Source: an uncultured Gemmatimonadales bacterium
GTDB lineage: Bacteria; Gemmatimonadota; Gemmatimonadetes; Gemmatimonadales; Gemmatimonadaceae
DNA: 64,000 nucleotides
Reading direction: 5' to 3'
NCBI GenBank assembly: GCA_963701965.1
Contig: OY969695.1
Coordinates: 5,052,567-5,116,566 of the forward strand
The first letter of the stretch is position 1; every line of letters starts with the position of its first letter. Position numbers and translations under genes: made by a program. This document shows positions 1 through 8,688 of this stretch, piece by piece. The notes beneath the pieces are model-generated. The model was not told the origin of the DNA. It searched no databases and saw only the letters and a list, made by a program, of their open reading frames with translations.

Positions 1-1034
1 TTCGGCGGGACCAGCAGTCCCGTGACCTCGTGCTCCACGATGTCCGTAATGCCCCCGAGCGCTGTGGTGACTACCGGCACGTGGTAGCTCATGGCCTCGA
101 GGAGCACCATGCCCAGCCCCTCGGTATCCCCGCGCTCATCGACCACCGCCGGTAACGCGAACGCCGTCGCCGATGCATAAGCATCGTGCAGCTCCCCGGG
201 CGTGACCCAGCCCCGGAAGGCGATGGCCGGCGCCCGCGCGCTGGCGCGGGCGCGCGCCTCGAGCGCCGGCCGGTCCGGCCCATCGCCGATGATGACCAGC
301 CGCGCGTTGATCGTCTCCGGCAGGAGCCCCATGGCATCGATGAGATATCCCACGCCTTTGCGCTCGACGAGGCGCCCGACGAAGAGAATCGTTGCTGCCG
401 CCGGCAAAGCCGGCGTATCCGCGGCCGGCGTCTCCGCCGGCATCTCCACGGCGTACGGGATGATCTCCACCGGGACACCGGGCGCCAGACGCTCCACCTC
501 GCGCGCCGTGCTCGTCGAGATCGCGATCACGCGGTCCGCCGTCATGATCGCCCGGCGCAGAAATCCCCGCAGCGCCGGCAACCGCCGGTTGACCCATCGG
601 AGCTCGATCGAGTAGAACTGCATGATGAGCCGAGTGCGGCGCCGGGCCAGTCGCGCCACCCAGCCGAAGAGCGCGTGGGGCAGGGGCCAGTGCACGTGCA
701 CGATGTCGTATCGCTCACGCCGCTGCAGGCGCCACATCGCGATCGAACCGAACAGCAGGTAGAACGCCGGCAACATCGTATAGAAGAGGGACCGCCGCAT
801 ACGGTCCGGCGCCGACTCCTCGTGCGTCAGGTTCTCCCACCGCGCGAAGAAGTAGCGGAAGCGATGGATCGGGATGCCATCGAGCGTCGCGTTGCCGCCG
901 CCGCGGTAGGCCGACGTGAAGACGTCGATATCGTATCCCACCGCGCGGAGCCGGCGTATAGTCTCGGCCAGCCATTTGACGGTCGGGTCGTCGGCGTCCC
1001 GGGGAAAGGCCGTCGAAACCACGAGGATGCGCAC
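1..1034 (-). CDS. Glycosyltransferase family 4 protein (3' end outside window)
   Basis: Manual translation from GTG at 1034 gives MRILVVSTAFPR..., and near 1-150 the GT4 motif EGLGMVLLEAMSYHVPVVTT...GGITDIVEHEVTGLLVPP. Not in the ORF track because it runs off the window. Confidence 0.88.
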   Translation of the reverse strand, partial: MRILVVSTAFPRDADDPTVKWLAETIRRLRAVGYDIDVFTSAYRGGGNATLDGIPIHRFRYFFARWENLTHEESAPDRMRRSLFYTMLPAFYLLFGSIAMWRLQRRERYDIVHVHWPLPHALFGWVARLARRRTRLIMQFYSIELRWVNRRLPALRGFLRRAIMTADRVIAISTSTAREVERLAPGVPVEIIPYAVEMPAETPAADTPALPAAATILFVGRLVERKGVGYLIDAMGLLPETINARLVIIGDGPDRPALEARARASARAPAIAFRGWVTPGELHDAYASATAFALPAVVDERGDTEGLGMVLLEAMSYHVPVVTTALGGITDIVEHEVTGLLVPP

Positions 1035-1116
1035 GCGGCAAAGTTGGGGGACCGGCTCACACGCCGCAACGCGATTGGACGATAGCGCGTTACGGGAATT
1101 ATACTTCCCGACCATC

Positions 1117-2100
1117 ATGGACAGTGCCGTGCGCCCGGGAGGGCGAGCAGGTCGGTCGCGGATGCTCCTGCCCGTGCTCCAGGCGGTCGCGCTGGCGGCA
1201 GCCGTGGTGTTTCTTGCACGGATGACGCGCTCCTATTGGGGCACCGTCACCAGCGTCCCCATCACGCTGGCGTGGGGACCGCTGGCGCTGGCCTCCCTTG
1301 TGTGGTACGTGAGCTTCGTCCAGCTCGTGCAGTCCTGGTCGTCGAGCCTCACGTGGTGGGGATGGCACGTGCAATGGTATGAAGGGCTCCGGATGTTCTT
1401 CTTCTCCAACCTCGCGCGCTACATCCCCGGCGGTATCTGGCAGTTCGCCGGTCTCGCCGCGCTGGCCGCCAATGTCGGCGCGTCGCCCGTTGCGGCGTCG
1501 GCTGCGGTGTTGCTGCTCCAGCTCGTGTTGCTGATTACCGGGTTCCTGCTCACCCTCGGCGCGACGCCCGATGCCCTCGGGCCCTGGGCCTCGGCTCTCG
1601 GCACCCATGCCCGGGCCATCGTCGGCGGTGTCGCCGCGATCGTGCTCGTCTTCGGTTTCCCGCGCGCACTCCCGTGGGTCCGCACGCGCGCCGAGCGGTT
1701 GCTCAAGCGCGCGGTACCACTGCCGATCCCGCCGCTCGGGCCGTGGATCGTCTACTGCGCCCGCTGCGCGGTCGCGTGGGCAGGGTACGGGATCTCATTC
1801 TGGATGTTTTGCCACAGTATCCTCGGGCCCTCCGTCCCCGGCGTCTGGTTCACCTCCAGCGCCTATGTCGCGAGCTACCTGATCGGACTCTTGGCGGTGT
1901 TCGCGCCCGGCGGGATCATCGTGCGGGAAGCCGCCCTCGTCATCGCGTTGCGCGGCGAGCTCGGGCCGGAGCGCGCCCTCCTCGTCGCCGTCGGATCGCG
2001 CCTCTGGTTGATCGCCCTGGAGGTGCTCGGCGCGTTGGTGCTGATGGGCATCGACCGCGTCGCCGCGAGTCGGCGGCGGACACTCTCACCGCGTACATGA
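1117..2100 (+). CDS. Lysylphosphatidylglycerol synthase TM / flippase-like (UPF0104) membrane protein
   Basis: Multi-TM protein with motifs SNLARYIPGGIW and FAPGGIIVREAALV; ATG at 1117. Confidence 0.8.
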   Translation: MDSAVRPGGRAGRSRMLLPVLQAVALAAAVVFLARMTRSYWGTVTSVPITLAWGPLALASLVWYVSFVQLVQSWSSSLTWWGWHVQWYEGLRMFFFSNLARYIPGGIWQFAGLAALAANVGASPVAASAAVLLLQLVLLITGFLLTLGATPDALGPWASALGTHARAIVGGVAAIVLVFGFPRALPWVRTRAERLLKRAVPLPIPPLGPWIVYCARCAVAWAGYGISFWMFCHSILGPSVPGVWFTSSAYVASYLIGLLAVFAPGGIIVREAALVIALRGELGPERALLVAVGSRLWLIALEVLGALVLMGIDRVAASRRRTLSPRT

Positions 2101-4544
2101 CCACTTCCAAGACCGCGAACGCGACCGTACGGGCGCCCGTCGCCACGCCTCCGTATCCCGCGGCCGTGGCCGCCGCGGTGTACGCGTTGGCGACACTGGC
2201 CCTCATGTATCCCGCCCTCACCGGGCGCTTTCTGGTCAATCCGATGAGCGACATGCTCGTCGGTGCCACCTATCGCACCTTCGGTGGGGAGTGGCTGCGG
2301 CAGACCGGACATTTCGCGCAGTGGGACACCTATCTCCTGGGCGGCATCCCGTTCATGAACGGGCAGCACGGCGACATGTTCTATCCCGTCCTGCTCTTCC
2401 GCACGCTCTTTCCGATCAATGTCGCGATCAACCTGTCGTTCGCGTCGCACATCTTTCTGGCCGGGCTCTTCGCGTATTGCTTCCTGAGGGCCTATGGCCT
2501 CTCGTTCTACCCGGCCCTGACCGGCGGCGCCGGCTACATGTTGTGCGGACAGATCGCGTCCCTGGTATCGCCGGGACACGACGGCAAGCTGTACGTGAGC
2601 GCGCTCGCCCCGTTGCTCCTCTGGATGCTCGTGCGCGGCATGCGCGATGGACGAAACTGGGCGTGGGGCGTCATCGCCATCACCACCGCACTCTGCATCC
2701 TGTCGCCGCACGTGCAAATGACGTACTACCTCGGCGTGCTGGCGATCGGGTTCACGTTCTATCTGGCATTTCAGAAAGGGGAGGGGGCCCTCGAGCCCGC
2801 GACCCGCTGGCGCCGGCTGATCGCGGCCGGTCTCGCGGCCGGGCTGGGGCTGGCGTTGGCCGCGGTCGCACTCTTTCCGCTGTTCGGCTATCTCCCCGTG
2901 TCGCCGCGCGGCGGCCAGGGGCGGGGATACGAGTACGCCACATCGTGGGCCATGGCGCCGGAGGAGCTCCTCAACGGGTACCTCCCGCAGTTCTCCGGCG
3001 TGCTGGAGAAGTATTGGGGGCAGAACCCCTTCAAGCTGCACAGCGACTATCTCGGCGCCGCGCTCCTCATGCTGAGCGGGGCCGCCGTGGGGACGAAGCG
3101 GCGGTCGTTCGCGTGGTTCTGGGTCGCCTCCATCGTCCTGGCGCTCTTGGTCAGCTTCGGCGGTCACACGCCGTTCTACCATCTCTGGTATCTCCTCCCG
3201 ATGATGAAGCAGGTGCGCGCTCCCGCGCAGATGTTCTTCATCGTGTGCCTGGCCGTGTCGGTCCTCGCGGCCTTGGGCGTGGAGCGTCTGCTCGACCAGG
3301 CCGTGCCCCGCCGCTACTGGATCTGGTGGGGCGCGGCGGCCGGGCTCGTGGCCCTCATTGCCACGGCAGGCGGATTCGAGGCCCTGGGGCAAGCCCTGGC
3401 CATGCCGGGGCGCAGCGAGGCCGTCGCCGAGAATGCGTCGGCCGTGTTGTTGGGCGCATGGCGGTCGTTCGCCGTCATCGCCCTGGCCGTGCTCTTGGTG
3501 CTCGCCTGGTACGCCGGCCGTGTTCCGGCCGCCGCGATGGCGTGGGGCCTCGTGGCCATCGTCCTCGTCGACGAGTGGAGCGCGGCGCGTCCCTTCTTCA
3601 AGTTCTCGGCGCCGGCGTCGGAGCTGTACCGGGTCGACCCCGCGACCGACTACTTGATGCATCTCAAGGAGCCCGGGCGCACGGTCGCATTGCCGCTCAG
3701 CGACTCCACGATCGCGGGCGATCCGCTGTTCGACGGCGATGCCCTGATGTTGCACCGCGTGCGGACAGTGACCGGGCACGAAGCCGACGAGCCCCAATCG
3801 TGGGTCGACCTGGCCGGTGGCAAATCTCCGGCGCCGCCGCGGCGGATCACCGATCCCAACTTCCGGCGCCTGGCCAACGTGAAGTACTGGCTCACGAACG
3901 TCGACTTGCCCGCCGTCGTGCCCCAACTCGGCGACCTCAAAGTCACCAAGCTGGTCGGCCCGGTGCCGGACGCGGTGGGGAATGCCCTGCGCCTGTACGC
4001 GATCGATGAGAGCAACCCGCCCGCCTGGCTCGCGCCGGTCGTCGTGAAGGCCGAGCCGCCGCAGATCCTGGCGACGGTGCTCGACGGGCGGTTCGATCCC
4101 CGGACTGCGGCGCTGTTCGACACGACGTTGCATGCCAATGGCGTGGCACTCACGACGCCTCCGGCGCCGCTCGACATCCCGGTGACCGTGCCGCGCTACG
4201 ACAACGGTCACATCACCGTGCAGCTCGGCGCGCCGGCGCCGGCCGGATCCGCGCTCGTGGTCTCCGAGAACTACTATCACGGGTGGGAGGCGACCGTCGA
4301 CGGGAAACCCGCCGCAACTGCCCGCGCCGACTACACGTTCATCGGCGTGCCGCTGCCCGCGGGCGCCCGGACCGTGGATCTCACGTTCCACGACCTCGAT
4401 TTCGCCAAGGGCGTGAAGGTGACGTTGCTGGCCATCCTCGTAACGGCGGGGTGGATGGTCGGCGGGATAGTGGTCGATCGGCGACGGGCGCGGACGGCCG
4501 GATCGAACGCGGCGGGACCAAGCCCGGCGAGTCCGCGTGGCTGA
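2097..4544 (+). CDS. YfhO-family membrane protein (GT-C-like)
   Basis: About 815 aa with many TM helices, N-terminal W-D-x-Y-L-L-G-G-x-P...FYP and C-terminal LVVSENYYHGWEATVDG...GVPLPAG. ATGA overlap with the upstream gene. Confidence 0.82.
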   Translation: MTTSKTANATVRAPVATPPYPAAVAAAVYALATLALMYPALTGRFLVNPMSDMLVGATYRTFGGEWLRQTGHFAQWDTYLLGGIPFMNGQHGDMFYPVLLFRTLFPINVAINLSFASHIFLAGLFAYCFLRAYGLSFYPALTGGAGYMLCGQIASLVSPGHDGKLYVSALAPLLLWMLVRGMRDGRNWAWGVIAITTALCILSPHVQMTYYLGVLAIGFTFYLAFQKGEGALEPATRWRRLIAAGLAAGLGLALAAVALFPLFGYLPVSPRGGQGRGYEYATSWAMAPEELLNGYLPQFSGVLEKYWGQNPFKLHSDYLGAALLMLSGAAVGTKRRSFAWFWVASIVLALLVSFGGHTPFYHLWYLLPMMKQVRAPAQMFFIVCLAVSVLAALGVERLLDQAVPRRYWIWWGAAAGLVALIATAGGFEALGQALAMPGRSEAVAENASAVLLGAWRSFAVIALAVLLVLAWYAGRVPAAAMAWGLVAIVLVDEWSAARPFFKFSAPASELYRVDPATDYLMHLKEPGRTVALPLSDSTIAGDPLFDGDALMLHRVRTVTGHEADEPQSWVDLAGGKSPAPPRRITDPNFRRLANVKYWLTNVDLPAVVPQLGDLKVTKLVGPVPDAVGNALRLYAIDESNPPAWLAPVVVKAEPPQILATVLDGRFDPRTAALFDTTLHANGVALTTPPAPLDIPVTVPRYDNGHITVQLGAPAPAGSALVVSENYYHGWEATVDGKPAATARADYTFIGVPLPAGARTVDLTFHDLDFAKGVKVTLLAILVTAGWMVGGIVVDRRRARTAGSNAAGPSPASPRG

Positions 4545-5259
4545 ACGGTCACTCATCATCCTTCCGACCTACAACGAGCGCGAGAACCTGCAGCGTCTCG
4601 TGCCCTGTGTTCTGGGGCAGGACCCCACGTTCGACATTCTGGTGGTCGACGACGGGTCGCCCGACGGGACGGGCGAAGTCGCCGACGCCATCGCGGCGGA
4701 AGAGCCCCGGGTGCACGTGCTGCATCGGGCCGGGAAGATGGGACTGGGGACCGCCTACATCGCCGGGTTTCGGTGGGCGTTGGCGCGGGACTACGCCTAC
4801 GTGTTCGAGATGGACGCTGATTTCTCGCACGATCCGGCGCACCTGGCTGACTTTCGCCGGCGGATCACCGAGGCGGACATCGTCCTCGGCTCGCGCTACA
4901 ACCGGGGGCGGGTCACCGTCGTCAACTGGCCGATGTCGCGGCTCCTCTTGAGCTATGCGGCCAATCTGTACGTGCGCTGGGTGACGCGACTGCCGTTGGA
5001 CGATGCCACCGGCGGCTTCAAGTGCTTTCGGCGGGAGTTGCTGGAGCGGATGGACCTCGACGCCGTGCGGTCCAACGGCTACGCCTTCCAAATCGAGATG
5101 AGTTATCGGGCGTGGAAGCGCGGGTGTCGCATCGTGGAGATCCCTATCGTGTTCGTGGACCGGGCTGACGGCGTCAGCAAAATGTCGCCGCGGATCGTGC
5201 GGGAAGCGATCTGGATGGTCTGGCGGCTCCGCTGGTGGTCGCTGACGCGTCGGCTGTGA
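4537..5259 (+). CDS. Polyprenol monophosphomannose synthase-like GT2
   Basis: Motifs PTYNEREN, VDDGSPDGT, EMDADFSH, SNGYAFQIEM. Confidence 0.92.
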   Translation: MAERSLIILPTYNERENLQRLVPCVLGQDPTFDILVVDDGSPDGTGEVADAIAAEEPRVHVLHRAGKMGLGTAYIAGFRWALARDYAYVFEMDADFSHDPAHLADFRRRITEADIVLGSRYNRGRVTVVNWPMSRLLLSYAANLYVRWVTRLPLDDATGGFKCFRRELLERMDLDAVRSNGYAFQIEMSYRAWKRGCRIVEIPIVFVDRADGVSKMSPRIVREAIWMVWRLRWWSLTRRL

Positions 5260-6107
5260 TGAGCGGGACCAATGGCGCCGGGACCGTCGCGGTGGGTCAG
5301 CCGTTCTACAAACTGACGGGGTCGGGGAACGACTTCGTCTTTTTCGACGAGCGGACGGAGCCGGCGGGCGGGCGCTGGACTGCGAGCGCGGTCCGGGCGT
5401 TGTGCGCCCGGGGCACTGGGGTCGGCGCGGACGGCGTGGTGTGGCTGGAGCCGGGCGAGGGGGCGGCGGATCTCCGGATCCGGTACGTCAACGCCGACGG
5501 GTCGCCAGCGGCCCTCTGTGGCAACGCCACCTTGTGCACGGTACGGCTCTCGGCCCTGCTCGGCGGGCCGGCCGAGATCGCCATTGGGACCGACGCGGGT
5601 ATCGTGGCCGGCCGCCTTCGGGAGGACGACCCCGAGATCGATCTCGATCGGGTGACCGGGCTGGTGCCCGACATCGCCGTGTCGCGGCCGCCGGTGGCCC
5701 ACCGGATCGGCTATGCCGTCGTAGGGGTGCCGCACCTCGTCGTGCTGGTGGATGACGTCGCGGCGGTAGACGTGATGCGGGTTGGCGGGGCGTTGCGGCG
5801 CGATCCGGCCGTGGGACCGGCGGGGGCCAATGTGAATTTTGTCGGGCCAGCGGACGGCGGCGGCCTCCGGATGCGGACGTTCGAGCGCGGGGTGGAGGGG
5901 GAGACTCTGGCCTGCGGGACCGGAGCGGTGGCGACGGCCGCGCTTTTGGTGCAGTGGGGATTGGCGCTGAGTCCGGTGCCGTTGCTGACCCCATCGGGGT
6001 CAGTGCTAACGGTGCGGTTGGCGCAGCGTGGGGGGACCTTGGCGCCATCCCTGAGCGGCGAGGGGCGATTGGTGTACCGGGGGTTTTTGTCGGGTCAGCT
6101 CCCCTAA
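5259..6107 (+). CDS. dapF: Diaminopimelate epimerase
   Basis: Motifs GSGNDF, NADGSxAALCGNA, GVPH, GANVNF, RTFERGVEGETLACGTG (both catalytic Cys present). Confidence 0.95.
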   Translation: MSGTNGAGTVAVGQPFYKLTGSGNDFVFFDERTEPAGGRWTASAVRALCARGTGVGADGVVWLEPGEGAADLRIRYVNADGSPAALCGNATLCTVRLSALLGGPAEIAIGTDAGIVAGRLREDDPEIDLDRVTGLVPDIAVSRPPVAHRIGYAVVGVPHLVVLVDDVAAVDVMRVGGALRRDPAVGPAGANVNFVGPADGGGLRMRTFERGVEGETLACGTGAVATAALLVQWGLALSPVPLLTPSGSVLTVRLAQRGGTLAPSLSGEGRLVYRGFLSGQLP

Positions 6108-6150
6108 GGAAAGCTACTTACGCAAAGGAAAGTTACCACGCCCATGATTC

Positions 6151-6349
6151 TTTTCCACATCGAGGCACTGTGGCTAACATCTTATAGAACTGCCAGTTAC
6201 GGCCTTGATCTCCCGCGACATCTGACTTAGTTTTCCACGCGTATCCACACGGGGCAGTGGAGCGTGGACCTCGCGGGTCAACCAGCGCAAACAGGGCATT
6301 CCACCCACCGGACGCTCGACGATCCCATCGTCAAAGCGGCTGTGGAAAA
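6151..6349. promoter_or_regulatory. Cluster of DnaA-box-like 9-mers
   Basis: TTTTCCACA 6151-6159; TTAGCCACA (minus) 6169-6177; TTTTCCACG 6231-6239; GTATCCACA 6241-6249; TTTTCCACA (minus) 6341-6349. Consensus is TTWTNCACA. The first four lie in an AT-rich intergenic gap, the last just inside the next ORF. Confidence 0.5.
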
Positions 6350-6977
6350 CGTCCGCCGACACGTGGCGTCCCTCTCGGCCAGCGAGATCGTCCAGCTGGT
6401 CCTTTATCCCGAGTCACTCGCCGCCTGGTCGGCCCGCGCCCGGGTCGACGAGTCCCAGGTCGCCAATCTCTTTCGGCGCCACCGCACGTACACGCGCCTC
6501 CGCCAGCTCCTGGCCGAGCGACTCGGCGTCCCGTTCCTCGTGCTCGCCCACCTGATCGACGCCGCTCCCACCGTCCCCGCGGCGCGGCGCCCGGCCGCCC
6601 ACGCCGCGATCCTGGCCGCCGCCGGCCTGCCGTCGATCGAGGACCGTCCGCCCATCGACTGGCGCACGCCGCCCTATCCCTCCTATCGGGAAGGGCACAA
6701 CCCCCTCGAGCTCCTGGCCGCGGCCCATTTCGCGGTCACGGCACCGACAATGCCGGCCTCCCGCATCGTCGGCCTCGCCCTCTGGCCCGAGTCCCTGGCC
6801 GGCTTCGCGACCCGCTCACGCCGGTTCTCCCTCGGCGCGCTCCTGACGGCCTTGAGCGGGCTCCGTGGGTCGGACGTGATCGAGGCCGCCTTGGCGCAGC
6901 GCTTGGGCGTGCGCCGATCCGCCTTGGACCAGTTCATCGGCGCCGAGAAAGCGCCGAACGCCGCGACGCCAGCATAA
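6264..6977 (+). CDS. Hypothetical protein with two tandem Ner/Nlp-like HTH repeats
   Basis: 237-aa ORF with internal duplication ASEIVQLVLYPESLAAWSAR...LAERLGV / ASRIVGLALWPESLAGFATR...LAQRLGV. The fold call is by eye. Confidence 0.7.
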   Translation: MDLAGQPAQTGHSTHRTLDDPIVKAAVENVRRHVASLSASEIVQLVLYPESLAAWSARARVDESQVANLFRRHRTYTRLRQLLAERLGVPFLVLAHLIDAAPTVPAARRPAAHAAILAAAGLPSIEDRPPIDWRTPPYPSYREGHNPLELLAAAHFAVTAPTMPASRIVGLALWPESLAGFATRSRRFSLGALLTALSGLRGSDVIEAALAQRLGVRRSALDQFIGAEKAPNAATPA

Positions 6978-7061
6978 GAGCAGTGGAGAGATGGTCATGC
7001 GGCAGTGCTCAGATCCGTCAGAGCAGCTCATGTGGTTTCTCCACAATCCACATCGCCCTGT

Positions 7062-7089
7062 AGTTTACATAATGCCTATTATACGGAGT
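7062..7089 (-). other. dif: dif site (XerC/XerD chromosome dimer resolution site)
   Basis: Minus strand ACTCCGTATAA-TAGGCA-TTATGTAAACT has the 11-6-11 layout with inner ATAA/TTAT. The XerD arm matches the Bacillus subtilis dif XerD arm as I recall it. It is intergenic and close to the skew switch. Confidence 0.88.
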
Positions 7090-7316
7090 TATACTTAGCC
7101 CTAGATGCCCCCGCACAACGAGACCCCAGAGCCTGGCGATCATTCGTCGCAGGCGGCCTGCTGTACCGAGACGCCGGAGACGAATGATCGCCAGGCGACG
7201 CCGGCCGCACCCCGCCGCCAATGCCCCGTACTCACTAAGTCCCATTCGCCGCGCCATCGGCCGGTGGTAACTTGCCGGGTCCGCTACCGTCCTGTTGTCT
7301 CCCAGGAGCCGCCTAG

Positions 7317-8171
7317 ATGCGCCCGTCCCTCCGCGCCGTGCTCGCCGCACTCAGCCTCCTCGCGTGCCGCCCGCACGACGCCGAACGCGCGGCGGCCAAC
7401 CCACCGGCCGGTGCCACCACCGTCCCGGTGTTCACCGTCGTCGCCAAGGACTTCAGCTTCGACGCGCCCGCCGACGTACCCGCCGGGATCACCACGATCC
7501 GCCTGATCAACCAAGGCCTGGCCATGCACCACGTGGTGCTCATGCGCCTCGCCAACGGCAAGACCGTCGCCGACCTCGCCGCCAGCATGAAGCACCCGGG
7601 CCCCCTACCGACCTGGGCAGTCTCGGTCGGCGGTCCAAACGCCCCAGTCCCCGGCGGCACCTCGGAGGCCACACTCCTGCTGGAGCCGGGCAGCTACGTC
7701 CTGCTCTGCGTCATCCCCAGCGCCGACCAAATCCCGCACTTCGCCAAGGGCATGGTGAGCCCGCTGACGGTCACCGCCAGCGCGACCTCGGCGCCCGCCC
7801 CCGCCACGGAACCACCCGCCGACCTGACGCTCACCCTGACCGACTACGCGTTCGCATTCTCGACGCCGGTCACGGGAGGCGCGCACACAGTCCGCGTCGA
7901 AAACCGCGCCACGCAGGACCACGAGGCATTCCTCGTCCGGCTGGCGCCGGGCAAGACGGCCGCCGACCTCGTCGCCTGGATCGACAAGCAGGCCGGCCCC
8001 CCGCCCGCCGAGCCGCTGGGCGGCCTCACCGCCCTCGCCGCCGGCTCCCACGTCTACTTCACGCAGAATTTCACCCCAGGCCACTACGCCCTGCTGTGCT
8101 TCGTCCCCAATGCCAAGGACGGGAAAGCCCACGTCGCCCACGGCATGACGTCGGAGTTCACGATCAGCTGA
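7317..8171 (+). CDS. Lipoprotein with two cupredoxin-like (type-1 copper motif) domains
   Basis: Lipobox LLAC; two repeats H...LLCVIP-x6-H-x3-GM and H...LLCFVP-x7-H-x3-GM. Confidence 0.72.
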   Translation: MRPSLRAVLAALSLLACRPHDAERAAANPPAGATTVPVFTVVAKDFSFDAPADVPAGITTIRLINQGLAMHHVVLMRLANGKTVADLAASMKHPGPLPTWAVSVGGPNAPVPGGTSEATLLLEPGSYVLLCVIPSADQIPHFAKGMVSPLTVTASATSAPAPATEPPADLTLTLTDYAFAFSTPVTGGAHTVRVENRATQDHEAFLVRLAPGKTAADLVAWIDKQAGPPPAEPLGGLTALAAGSHVYFTQNFTPGHYALLCFVPNAKDGKAHVAHGMTSEFTIS

Positions 8172-8193
8172 GCGCCCCGCTGAGGCCGCGGCG

Positions 8194-8595
8194 CTATTTG
8201 ATCGTCTCCCAACTCCCGGTGATGTCCACCGGCCAGTCGTCGGGTCGCTCCTCTTCCGGCGTATGCGGCCGGTACATGATGACCTTGGCCCGCTCCAGCG
8301 TGATCAACCCGCCGTCGATCATCTGATCGAGCTCCGGGAGAATGGCCATGATCTTCTCCTCGGTCTCCACACACTCGACGATGATGGGAAGATCGAACGA
8401 CAGGTATTCCATCCGATCCGTGTGCAGCACCGCGCTGGCCCCGAATCCCGTCACCCCACGAAACGCCGTCGCCCCCGCGTAGCGGCGCTCCCGGAGCAGC
8501 TCGACGATCGCCTGGTAGAGCGGCTTGCCCTGATACTTGTCGCGCTCCCCAATGTGCACGCGCAGCAGCACCCGCTCGCCTTTCAGCCCGTGCAT
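8194..8595 (-). CDS. DUF190 (PII-like) protein
   Basis: Motifs LLRVHIGERD, GATAFRGVTGFG, LSFDLPIIVECV, GGLITLE. Confidence 0.88.
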   Translation of the reverse strand: MHGLKGERVLLRVHIGERDKYQGKPLYQAIVELLRERRYAGATAFRGVTGFGASAVLHTDRMEYLSFDLPIIVECVETEEKIMAILPELDQMIDGGLITLERAKVIMYRPHTPEEERPDDWPVDITGSWETIK

Positions 8596-8635
8596 GTCCC
8601 CCTCCGCGGTCAGACGGTCGTGCTCCTTGCACCTT

Positions 8636-8688
8636 AACCAGAAGGTTGCGGCGACACCAGCAGCGGCTATACTAAACCGTATGGTTTA
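8636..8688 (+). promoter_or_regulatory. Promoter and two AACC-N4-GGTT operators for the ArsR gene
   Basis: AACC-AGAA-GGTT at 8636-8647; TAAACC-GTAT-GGTTTA at 8673-8688 overlapping the ATG; -10 TATACT at 8668-8673. Confidence 0.6.

Noticed and set aside
1875..4559. Long antisense or alternate-frame ORFs (e.g. 894 aa here, also 11381-12982, 36527-38125, 41878-43785)
   Set aside because: These are shadow ORFs of high-GC coding DNA, Arg/Gly/Pro-rich, without motifs, and opposite well-supported genes.
6108..6263. Second dif-like site making a pdif cassette around the HTH gene
   Set aside because: I found no 11-6-11 site with a recognisable XerD arm in this gap.
6108..7100. oriC interpretation of the DnaA-box-like cluster
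   Set aside because: Skew goes from G-rich to C-rich on the + strand and genes converge, which is terminus polarity. A dif site is present and no dnaA/dnaN is nearby.
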